From Candidatus Multivorans sp. (GTDB lineage: Bacteria; Acidobacteriota; Thermoanaerobaculia; Multivoradales; Multivoraceae), in the NCBI GenBank assembly GCA_965224025.1, contig OZ245033.1:896001-960000 (forward strand): a stretch of 64,000 nucleotides of DNA, in the 5' to 3' direction. The translations under genes were made by a program, and so were the position numbers. Each line of letters opens with the position of its first letter. Position 1 is the stretch's first letter. The notes beneath the pieces are model-generated. The model was not told the DNA's origin and ran no database searches. It saw nothing but the letters and a program-made list of their open reading frames with translations. Shown piece by piece: positions 10,080-18,625 of the stretch.

Positions 10080-12673
10080 GGGTAGTAGCCGCTGATCGTC
10101 CGCGCCTTGAACCGGCCCTTGACCTTCACCTCGACCTCGCGGTACTCGTCGCCGTCGCCGGCCCGGTTCGAGTTGTACGCCAGGAGGTACTGCGAGCGCA
10201 GTTCGCGCTCGATCTCGTCATAGACCGGCGCCAGATCCTCGGCCTTGGAGATGAAGAACGACCTGCCGCCGGTGACCTTGGCCAGGCCGCTCAGCTTGTT
10301 GCGCAGGATCATCTGGGTGCGGCCGATGCCCAGCCCGATCGCGTAGATCGCGACCGCCGAGCGCCGTGCGTAATCCTCGACGTCAGGAAACGAGACCGTG
10401 CTCGCCGTGTCTGCGCCGTCGGAGAGCAGGACCAGAGCGCGCCGGCCTCTGACGCCCCGGAAGTAGTACAGGCTGGTGATCAGCGCATCGTGCAATGCGG
10501 TGTTGCCGGCGGCGCGCAGATTCTCGATCGAGGAAGCGACCGCGCTGACGTCGGACGTCCGGCCGATCAGCAGCACCGGACGTGAGGCGAAGGCGACCGC
10601 GAAGGAACGGTCGCGCGGAGTGATCAGGTTGGCCAGAAACTGCGACGCCGTCCGGCGCGCCTCGCCGAGGGACGTTTCCATCGACCCCGAAGTATCGATC
10701 ACGACGCCCAGGGTGAGCGGCAGGTCCTCGACCAGTTCGAACTTCGCGAGCTCCTGCCGGCGCTTGTCTTCCATGACGGTGAAGTCGGTCTCTAGCAGCG
10801 TCGTCACCGGCCTGTTCGCACTGTCGACCACCGTCGTGTAGAGCTCGACCAGGTCGACGTCGACCGTGTCGGTGAACTCGGGAGCGTTCAGGAAGCGCAC
10901 GTCCTCCGCGCGGCTGCCATCGTCCAGCGTGGCGGCGACGGTGAGGTACACGAGCTCCTGATCGCCGGCCGCGGGCACATCGATCTCGGCACGCCACGGC
11001 GGTCTGCGCAGCACCGTCTGAACCTCTTCTCCGACCCGGAACTCGACCTCCTGAACCACGCGCTCCTCGGGCACGATGACCGTGGCGGCGGCATCCACCT
11101 TGCCCGTCACCCGAACACCCCGCCGCGGTTCGTTGATCAGCACCCGCAACTCGCCGCGCTGCTGGTTCAGCACCAGTTCGTCCGCACCCACGACTTCGCC
11201 GTTCTCGTCGAGCCCCTCGACCCGAACCACCTGCTCGGCCGGGTACTTCGCCAGCCGCACCTCGGCGGTGAACGGGGGCCGGCGGCGCGTGACCTGGAGC
11301 ACGCCGTCGACGACGAACCGCATCGCTGTGATCTCGCTCCCGGTCACCAGGGTCTCTGCCCGCCACAACCCGAGCACCACCTCGCTTTCGGGCGGCACCA
11401 GGACCACGCCGCTGTCCGCATCGAGCGTTGTCTCCGGCAGGTCCGCCACCAACTGCTCCGCCGCCAGGATGAGGCGGCGGCGGTCCTCCGAACTCGCCGG
11501 CTCCGTCTGCGGCGCCAGCGGCACCTCGACCGGCACCGCCCCGAAGGCCACGGCGCCGCCGATCTCGTCCCGCACCAGGAACCTCACCAGGACAACCGAA
11601 CCGGGACGCAGCAAGTGCTCCATCGGCAGCGCCAGCGACCGGTCCTCCGGCGGCGTGCCCGAGAGGAAGCGCACCCGGAAGGCATCGAAGATCCGGCCCG
11701 GCTGCTCGACCACGCCTTCCACGTTGATCCGGACCTGCTCTCTGCCGTCGTCGTCCACGAAGGGCTCGTACGCCGCGCCCGGCGGCAGCGAGAAGAGGAT
11801 CCTGGTCAGGATGCGCTGGCCGCTCCGCGCCGGGAAGGTGACGATCGGATCCTCGAGCTCCAGTGCGGGCGGCGCCGCCACTTGGTCGGCCGCGGCCGCC
11901 ACGGCCCAGGCATCCAGATCCTGCGGGGGCCGCAACCACGCATGGAGGCGAGCGGTCGACGGACGTTGCCGCCGGAAGTCGAACAGGCCCCAGACGCCTG
12001 TGGCCCGGTCGACCCGTCGCGCCTCCTCGCAGACCTGCAGGTCGAAACGGCGGGCTCGCAGGAGGCCCCGAAGCTCTTCGTACTGCTCGAGCCAGTACTC
12101 CATCTCGGGCATGTACAGAACCCGCTTCGAGTACTCGGGCAACCAGAGCTGGAACGCCTCGTTCGGCTTGGGCTGGAAGAGGACCAGGTTCTCGTGCTCG
12201 CCCTCCTCCGGCCCGTAACGCCAGATCTCAAGCGGCCGGAAAGTCTGATCGCAGTCGACCGGCTCGATGTCGTCCGGCGCCCCGTGCAGGAACAGCAACT
12301 GCGCGCGGACATCGAAGAACGGCGCACCCGTCTGACGGATCCGCCGCCGACGCTGCTCGATGCCCTCGGCTAGCTGGGCGCGGTTCAGGAAGGTCCCGAT
12401 GTACTCGCGCCGGGACGCCGGGTTGAGGTTCTGGACCCGGTGCAACTCAGCCGACGCCAGCAGGTACTGGGGTCCGTCGAGAAAGAACTCCCGCTCCTCG
12501 TCGCTCCACTCGGAGAGCCGCCAACCCACGTCCTGAGCGACCACCGTCGCCGGGACGAGGCAGGCGGCAACCAGAAGCAGCCGGCGGATCCGCGCCCCGA
12601 TTCCCCCCGGTTTCACCACGACATCCGGTACAGCATCCAGCGCCGCGGTGGCGTTGAGGGTGGACAGGTGCAT
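10076..12673 (-). CDS. GWxTD-like domain + Ig-like repeats + C-terminal VWA domain protein (start may be slightly downstream)
   Basis: D.RAQL..LHGAPD..LEIWRY (GWxTD-type); two Ig-like segments ending PPF/PPW; VWA MIDAS DTSGS, GNTALHDAL, LLSDG.D and ELRSQYLLAY motifs. Confidence 0.85.
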   Translation of the reverse strand: MHLSTLNATAALDAVPDVVVKPGGIGARIRRLLLVAACLVPATVVAQDVGWRLSEWSDEEREFFLDGPQYLLASAELHRVQNLNPASRREYIGTFLNRAQLAEGIEQRRRRIRQTGAPFFDVRAQLLFLHGAPDDIEPVDCDQTFRPLEIWRYGPEEGEHENLVLFQPKPNEAFQLWLPEYSKRVLYMPEMEYWLEQYEELRGLLRARRFDLQVCEEARRVDRATGVWGLFDFRRQRPSTARLHAWLRPPQDLDAWAVAAAADQVAAPPALELEDPIVTFPARSGQRILTRILFSLPPGAAYEPFVDDDGREQVRINVEGVVEQPGRIFDAFRVRFLSGTPPEDRSLALPMEHLLRPGSVVLVRFLVRDEIGGAVAFGAVPVEVPLAPQTEPASSEDRRRLILAAEQLVADLPETTLDADSGVVLVPPESEVVLGLWRAETLVTGSEITAMRFVVDGVLQVTRRRPPFTAEVRLAKYPAEQVVRVEGLDENGEVVGADELVLNQQRGELRVLINEPRRGVRVTGKVDAAATVIVPEERVVQEVEFRVGEEVQTVLRRPPWRAEIDVPAAGDQELVYLTVAATLDDGSRAEDVRFLNAPEFTDTVDVDLVELYTTVVDSANRPVTTLLETDFTVMEDKRRQELAKFELVEDLPLTLGVVIDTSGSMETSLGEARRTASQFLANLITPRDRSFAVAFASRPVLLIGRTSDVSAVASSIENLRAAGNTALHDALITSLYYFRGVRGRRALVLLSDGADTASTVSFPDVEDYARRSAVAIYAIGLGIGRTQMILRNKLSGLAKVTGGRSFFISKAEDLAPVYDEIERELRSQYLLAYNSNRAGDGDEYREVEVKVKGRFKARTISGYYP

Positions 12674-12882
12674 CGGGCATGAGCTTAGCCGGGTTCACCG
12701 CACGGACCGTGCCGACTGAATGCGGTCGGGAACCCGCTCGTCTGTTGGACGGCATCGTCGACACCGCCGTACCTCATATCGACCGAGGTCCGCCCGCCGT
12801 TTTGCAACCATATCGTGGACGACTATCTCCTAGCACAGGAGTTCAGGCGCACCCCGAGCGTCGTCACACCATCGGCGAGATT

Positions 12883-12930
12883 GAGTTCCGGTCGCGACAC
12901 TAGGAGTTCCGGTCGCGACACTAGGAGTTC
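12883..12930. repeat. 21-bp tandem repeat GAGTTCCGGTCGCGACACTAG x2.3
   Basis: Exact copies at 12883-12903 and 12904-12924, partial copy at 12925-12930. Confidence 0.9.
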
Positions 12931-12932
12931 GC

Positions 12933-13066
12933 CAGCGGTGCTCCGCTGCGCTGTCGCGCAGGGAACGAGGCGGCGCCCGGATGCGGGCAGGATGCCCGCG
13001 TTCCCAGGGGCTTGTTCCATGCAAGTAGGGACAGCGGTGGTCCGCTGCGCTGTCGCGCAGGGAACG
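12933..13066. repeat. BIME-like cluster: two 35-bp palindromic direct repeats flanking a family-A REP-like element
   Basis: CAGCGGTG(C/G)TCCGCTGCGCTGTCGCGCAGGGAACG at 12933 and 13032; GCGGGCAGGATGCCCGCGTTCCCAGG ending at 13008. Confidence 0.8.
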
Positions 13067-13295
13067 GGTGGTGGATTCTGCGGCCGTTGCAGGAGGCGTA
13101 GAGTTGGGTCGCGCTGGGCAGCGAGGCCGTCGGAGCACTGGTGTGTTTGCACCCGCAATGCAAGTTTGGCCCGGACCGTGATCGGCGTTCTGACGCTGGC
13201 GGCGCGGCTCTTGCCGCGACCCCGTATGCAAGAGTGACGTTTCCGCCGCGGTCTCTGTCCAGCGCGACCATTTGAATGGGGATTATATATTAGGC

Positions 13296-13324
13296 TTGAC
13301 ACGGGCGCTGATTTCCCGTAGTGT
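13296..13324 (+). promoter_or_regulatory. Sigma70-type promoter for the IS1595 transposase
   Basis: TTGACA (13296-13301), 17-bp spacer, TAGTGT (13319-13324); overlaps the left TIR. Confidence 0.65.
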
Positions 13325-13352
13325 CTAGGGACACTGGACGGGAGATGAAACG

Positions 13353-14339
13353 ATGAAGCACAAGGCACCCGGCAAGGCTTACCGCAAGGGACTGACGTTC
13401 GTGCAACTGGCGCGGATGTTCCCCGATGAAGCAGCCGCGCGAGACTGGTTCGAGACGTACCTTTGGCCCGATGGAGTGAAGTGGTGCCCGAACTGCGGCG
13501 GCGACAACACGCACGCATGCAAGCACAAGCAGATGCCGTACCGCTGCCGCGACTGCAAGCGGTACTTCAGCGTCAAGACCGGCACGCTCATGGCTGGTTC
13601 GCCGTTGCCTCTGTTGACGTGGCTCTACGCGATCTACCTCGAACTCACATCGCTCAAGGGCGTATCGAGCATGAAACTGCACCGTGACCTAGGCGTCACT
13701 CAGAAGACCGCTTGGCACATGCTCCAGCGCATCCGCGAAGCGTTCGCCGCCGAAGGGCCGGAAGTCCGGTTCGACGGTCCCGCCGAAGTGGACGAGACGT
13801 ACTTCGGCGGTCTGCGGAAGAACATGCCGAAGTGGAAGCGTGCGGAGCTTGAAGGTCGCGGCACGGTCGGCAAGACCGCCGTGGTGGGCATCAAGGACCG
13901 CGAGACCAAGAAGGTCGCGGCGAAGGTGGTCCGCTCCACCGACGGCGAGACCCTACAGGCGTTCGTGCGCGAGCACGTCGAACCCGGCGCGATGGTGTAC
14001 AGCGACGATACCGGGGCGTACAGCGGTCTGACCGAGTACGAGCGTGGCACGGTGAAGCACTCGGTCGGCGAGTACGTGGACGGCAAGGTCCACACGAACT
14101 CGATCGAGAGCTTCTGGTCGATGCTCAAGCGGGCGCACAAGGGTGTGTTCCACAAGATCAGTCCGAAGCACCTGCAACGCTACGTCGATGAGTTCGCGGG
14201 TCGGCAGAACATCCGCGAGTACGACACGCTGGCGCAGATGGTCGCCGTCACGGAGGGACTCGCGGGCAAGCGGCTCCGCTATCGTGACCTGATCGCCGAC
14301 AACGGCCTGCCGTCGGGCGCGCGCGAGGCCGCCGCATGA
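13353..14339 (+). CDS. IS1595-family DDE transposase
   Basis: CPNC..CRDC zinc ribbon, HTH (LHRDLGVTQKTAW), EVDETYFGG, V.HS.GEYV and HTNSIESFWS.LKR motifs. Confidence 0.95.
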   Translation: MKHKAPGKAYRKGLTFVQLARMFPDEAAARDWFETYLWPDGVKWCPNCGGDNTHACKHKQMPYRCRDCKRYFSVKTGTLMAGSPLPLLTWLYAIYLELTSLKGVSSMKLHRDLGVTQKTAWHMLQRIREAFAAEGPEVRFDGPAEVDETYFGGLRKNMPKWKRAELEGRGTVGKTAVVGIKDRETKKVAAKVVRSTDGETLQAFVREHVEPGAMVYSDDTGAYSGLTEYERGTVKHSVGEYVDGKVHTNSIESFWSMLKRAHKGVFHKISPKHLQRYVDEFAGRQNIREYDTLAQMVAVTEGLAGKRLRYRDLIADNGLPSGAREAAA

Positions 14340-15782
14340 CCATCCTCGGTTCGTTCAGTCTGGTTCCAAACAGCCTCTACTACGGCGACTGCCTCGAAGT
14401 CATGGGCGGTTGGCCAGCCGAGTCGGTGGATCTGATCTACCTCGATCCGCCGTTCAACTCGAAGGCGGACTACAACCAGTTGTTCGGCACCGAGAACGGC
14501 GTGCCGGCCCAAGTTCGGGCGTTCACCGACACATGGACATGGAACGACTCGGCGGCCGAGCGGTACGACCGTTTCAGCCGTGCAGTCGCGCATCCCGCGC
14601 ACAAGGCGGTAGTCGGCCTGCACATGGCGCTAGGTCCATCGGGGATGCTCGCGTACCTCACCTACATGGCCGAGCGGCTCGCGGAGTGCAAGCGCCTGCT
14701 CAAGCCGACCGGCTCCATCTACCTGCACTGTGACCACACGGCGGGCGCGTACCTGAAGATGCTCATGGACGCGATCTTCGGAGCGAACAATCGCCGAAGC
14801 GAACTCCACTGGTACTACTACAACAAGATGCACGACAGCCGGAAGAAGCTGTTTGCTGCCGCCACGGACACAATCTTCTTCTATGTCAAGGATGTGGACT
14901 CCGGTTTTTCGTTTGAACAACTTCAAGAACGCCGCGAAAAGCCCGTCAAGCAGCTTGTACGAGCCAAAGTCAACGGCCGCATGGTCAACAAGCGAGACGA
15001 AGACGGTCGGCTGATGTACCAGACCAAGACACATAGAACCATTGACAATGTGTGGCGGATACCCTGTTTGCAACCAGCATCGAGGGAGAGATTAGGCTGT
15101 CCAACACAGAAGCCCCGTGCGCTGTTGGATCGCATCATCAAGGCGTCTTCTAGGGAAGGTGACTTGGTGCTTGACCCGTTCTGCGGTTGTGGCACGACGA
15201 TAGACGCGGCGAATCGACTGCAACGGCAGTGGGTCGGCATCGACCTTTCACCGTTCGCCACTCGCCTTGTGCGTGACCGCAGGCTCAAGGATGCGAGTAT
15301 CCAGATCTTCGGTATCCCGACAGATGTTGAAGGCGCACGGCTCCTGCTACGCAACAACCCGTTCGACTTCGAGGCGTGGATCGTTACGTCGGTGGACGGG
15401 CTGGCGGCGAACGAGGTCCAGGTAGGCGACGGCGGCATCGACGGGCGCGGCAGGATGTTCACCGTGCCGGACGATGAAACAGGCTTGGTGCTCGCTCAGG
15501 TGAAGGGGGGGGTACACCGCATCGGCGCTGCGGGACTTCGAGGGCACGATGGGCCGCGAGAACGCCACGGCGGGCATCTTCGTCACCTTGAAGCGCGTCA
15601 CAACGTCCAGTGCCCGCGCGGCTGCCAAGGCGATGGGCGAGTACCGCGTAGGCGCGACGCGCTACCCTCGGCTCCAGTTCTGGTCCGCAGAGGAGTATCT
15701 GAGGGGCGTCCGTCCTCACCTACCCGCGATGGCCGACCCGTACACCGGCAAAGCAGTTCAGACCGACATGTTCACCGGATAG
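14336..15782 (+). pseudogene. Beta-class N4/N6 DNA methyltransferase fused to an Mrr-like nuclease domain, frameshifted at a G8 tract (15505-15512)
   Basis: YLDPPF, PTQKP and LDPFCGCGTT motifs, then DGGIDG..QVKGG. The natural continuation YTASALRDFEGTMGRENATAGIFVTL..YPRLQ lies in another frame and ends at TAG 15782. Confidence 0.85.
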
Positions 15783-15795
15783 CAGGGAGGAAGCG

Positions 15796-15978
15796 TTGCC
15801 CAAGAAGCCGAAGCGCCACACGGAACACAAGAAGGTGTACAAAGCCGAGTACGGCGGCGCTACGCCCGCGCAGGTCACGCTTGCGCTTCTACGCTACCGT
15901 CCAAACGCACCCGAAGCCGTCACGAAGCGTTTGCCACCGCAGGTTCAAGCCGACCCCGCTATCAAGTCTAGTGTATAA
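15796..15978 (+). CDS. Small basic hypothetical protein inside the IS1595 element
   Basis: GGGAGGA RBS, TTG start, stop codon within the right TIR. Confidence 0.45.
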   Translation: MPKKPKRHTEHKKVYKAEYGGATPAQVTLALLRYRPNAPEAVTKRLPPQVQADPAIKSSV

Positions 15979-15984
15979 TCCCCC

Positions 15985-16359
15985 TTCCAAGGCACTCCGT
16001 TCGCAGACATCCTCTCTCAGATCGACGATCAGTCCAACCCACTGGCAATTGACCTCGGGCTGTTCTTCCTTGAGCAGAACGAGACCACCGTGCGGAAGTT
16101 CAACGAGCAACTTGAGAAGATCGTGCAGGGCGCTGCGACAGACGGTACTCCCTACCGGTTCGCCTTCGGTGTCGGCAATCGTGGGCCTGCGCTGACAGCG
16201 CACTGCAATCGTCTCCCGAGAGAGGAGGCCGCAGCTCTGTTGAGAGCGGACTGTCGAAGGGCCCTTGACCGGGTCGACTGCAGTTTCGGCATCTCGCTCG
16301 ACCCGGACGGCACCATCAAGACAGTCGAGAAGCTAGTCCGCGCCGAACAAGACCGTTGA
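15985..16359 (+). pseudogene. 3' remnant of a gene truncated by the IS1595 right end
   Basis: Open frame with no start codon begins right at the TIR: FQGTPFADILSQIDDQSNPLAIDLGLFFLEQNE..TAHCN..FGISLDPDG. Confidence 0.6.
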
Positions 16360-16676
16360 CAAGAGGACCACCCACGCTCGCTTATGCCCAACGGACGCGC
16401 CGCCGCCTGCGCAGCCCCGCGCGGCTGCCAGCCGGTCATTGGCCCAGAGAACTTTGAACTTGAGCCCGATGCGGATCATCACGCGCCGCGGGAAAACCGT
16501 AGCCGCTCGGCCTGTACTTCTCGTCCCGTGCCACCATCAACTCCTCCCACCAGTCGTGGGGTGTCTTCATCTGTCGGACAACCGCGTCTCTCCGCTGGCG
16601 CGAACAGCGATGACCCTCTGACCGCCCTACGGGAGAGGACAACGCAACCCCCCCCCCGCCCTCGACACTGCGAGGC

Positions 16677-17333
16677 TCAACAGCGCATCCTCCGCCTCTT
16701 CCCTTCGGACAGATCCGGCGTCGTGCAATCTACGACAGGCACAGGCCGCTGCCGATCGTTGTTGAGCGGGTTCTGACCTCCGCCACCACCCGAACCGCTA
16801 CCACCGCCGTTGACGTGAGGATTCGCATCTTCCGCAGCCGACCAGTCCGTAGTTTGCACGGAAGGGTAGGACGTCGAATCCCTCCACATTACCGTGCGAT
16901 CTTCGCAGCCGGCAGTGCCCACATCGCCGAGATTCAGCACCTGGCCGATCTCGTGAGCGGCGGTACCAGCCAAGTTGCATCCGAGGTCAGGATTGAGAAA
17001 AACCGTCTTGCTAAGCGGATCCGTAAAACCACACTGTCGCCTAGACGTCCTCCTCACTCTCCATGTCTCTCTGTCGCAGTTCACCAAACAGAATGGCGCA
17101 CTCGTGACAAGCTCTGGCAAACCGTAGCTGCTACATGTCCTGCCAGTCCACTGGCCCAGACCGGCATTGAACGCTCTCGTCTCTTCCGCGCCTAGCGAAC
17201 CGTCCACCTTGAACACGATGGTCCCCGCCGAACCGAAACCTGAAGAAACCGGAGGCCTACAGTTCAACGCCTGCGCGTAGACTGAAGGCGCGGCCAGGAG
17301 GACGCATGCCGCCATGATCAGTAGTGACTTCAC
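16677..17333 (-). CDS. Secreted matrixin-like (metzincin) protein with degenerate zinc motif
   Basis: GGAGG RBS and GTG at 17333; signal peptide; AAHEIGQVLNLGD; Met-turn-like TVMW; Gly-rich tail. Confidence 0.6.
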   Translation of the reverse strand: MKSLLIMAACVLLAAPSVYAQALNCRPPVSSGFGSAGTIVFKVDGSLGAEETRAFNAGLGQWTGRTCSSYGLPELVTSAPFCLVNCDRETWRVRRTSRRQCGFTDPLSKTVFLNPDLGCNLAGTAAHEIGQVLNLGDVGTAGCEDRTVMWRDSTSYPSVQTTDWSAAEDANPHVNGGGSGSGGGGGQNPLNNDRQRPVPVVDCTTPDLSEGKRRRMRC

Positions 17334-18381
17334 GGTACGTCCTCCCCCCTCTCTCAACTGCATTGGGAGGAAAGAGGCTTGCCTCAATGCCGTACGAACC
17401 ACAGTCCAACTGCCACACGCCCGTCTTCTCGTCGCGAGTCGCTCTGGCCCGACAGCCCGCGTCCCGAGCCGCCTTCCATGCCTTGATGAACTGGTCGCGC
17501 AATTCGGACTCATCATAAGGATCGGACAGTCTAGATTCCACCCATTCAAACAGCCCGCTGGCCTGTAGTTCGTCCATGTATTCATGTAGACCGAGCAGCG
17601 TATTCGCCGGAACGGCTGGCACGGGCGTGTTCCCAATGCCGAAAGCCGTATCCTCTTCGTAGCCAGTGGCCCAATCTAGAGCAGCCTCGCCGGCCTTCGC
17701 CCCCCGCACCACCGAGAACCGCCCCTCGTAGTAGAACCACGGCCGAACGACGTTTTCCGGCACCCACAGCGAGCCGATCAACACCACGCGGTCGCCCACC
17801 TCCGGCCGCTCATAGGCGTACTCACGGCGCAGCTGATCCGCGCAGAATACCCGCCCATGTATCACGACCTGATCCGTCGGAATCAGCGCGTAAGCGGGCA
17901 GTGCCGAACGGTAGTGCAAAGGCACGACTTCGGACAGTTCCAAAAGCAAACCAGGATCACCGTTCGCACGAAAGCCAGTGATCAGATCTGATACTGTCGC
18001 TAACACCGCCACTCTCGACGTCAGAACCGTCAAATCGAAGTCGTCGATTCGAGGGTCATAGAAGATCTTCGAGAGAATGGGCGGTGCCTCCGGATTGAGC
18101 GGCGGAACGCCAGCGCACGGGTCTCGTGGTGGCCGTGCACCCTCTTCTAGGTCCTCGGACAGACCCGCAGTACGCCGCGCGAAGGCCATCGCCTGTCTCT
18201 GAACCTGCTCCCGAATCTCGTCGCCCAAGCCCCACGGTTCCTTGAACGAACCATCGCGGTACAGAACCTCCGAAGCGGCGACCCACGCGGGCGAACTCGG
18301 TTCGCCCACTCTAGTCGGACCTGCAGCGACGGTCAGAGCGAAGAATGGCAACGACGAACAAAGAACAAGAATTCGTCTCAT
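17257..18381 (-). CDS. Secreted hypothetical protein with a possible TIMP/NTR-like OB domain
   Basis: Signal peptide MRRILVLCSSLPFFALTVAA; L..S.VAVLATV..P.VGDRVVLIG pattern; lower GC than the flanks; 3' end overlaps the next gene. Confidence 0.6.
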   Translation of the reverse strand: MRRILVLCSSLPFFALTVAAGPTRVGEPSSPAWVAASEVLYRDGSFKEPWGLGDEIREQVQRQAMAFARRTAGLSEDLEEGARPPRDPCAGVPPLNPEAPPILSKIFYDPRIDDFDLTVLTSRVAVLATVSDLITGFRANGDPGLLLELSEVVPLHYRSALPAYALIPTDQVVIHGRVFCADQLRREYAYERPEVGDRVVLIGSLWVPENVVRPWFYYEGRFSVVRGAKAGEAALDWATGYEEDTAFGIGNTPVPAVPANTLLGLHEYMDELQASGLFEWVESRLSDPYDESELRDQFIKAWKAARDAGCRARATRDEKTGVWQLDCGSYGIEASLFPPNAVERGGRTYREVTTDHGGMRPPGRAFSLRAGVEL

Positions 18382-18625
18382 AACCTGACCCCCTTGAGAG
18401 TGAGCCTACAACAACGCCCTACCGCCGGTCAAACGCGCGGTCTTGTTCACCGGAAGATGAGCCTGAAGGTGCGTTGCGGATCCACCGAGCAATGAAACCA
18501 AGAGCGACTAGCGTTAGTGGTGGAAGATCATCGGAGAACGATCAGGGCGCAAAAGAACGCACCGTCTTCAGACCTAGAGAACGGAGGACGGAAGTCGGTG
18601 CTTTCTGCTGGTGAGGAAAGTTCCA

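Larger units (their letters stand above)
13278..15983 (+). mobile_element. IS1595-family transporter IS carrying passenger genes
   Basis: 22-bp TIRs: GGGGATTATATATTAGGCTTGA (13278-13299) versus reverse complement GGGGATTATACACTAGACTTGA (15962-15983), 19/22 identical. No target-site duplication visible. Confidence 0.88.

Noticed and set aside
12883-13066. Mini CRISPR array
   Set aside because: The 21-bp units have no spacers, the 35-bp unit occurs only twice around a REP, and there are no cas genes.
15513-16195. C-terminal part of the 619-aa ORF 14336..16195
   Set aside because: Non-homologous Arg/Ser-rich read-through after the G8 frameshift that crosses the IS end.
18555-18606. GCACCG...GTCGGTGCTTT resembling a tracrRNA 3' end
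   Set aside because: No anti-repeat, array or cas9; more simply a hairpin, possibly a terminator, downstream of the TonB receptor gene.
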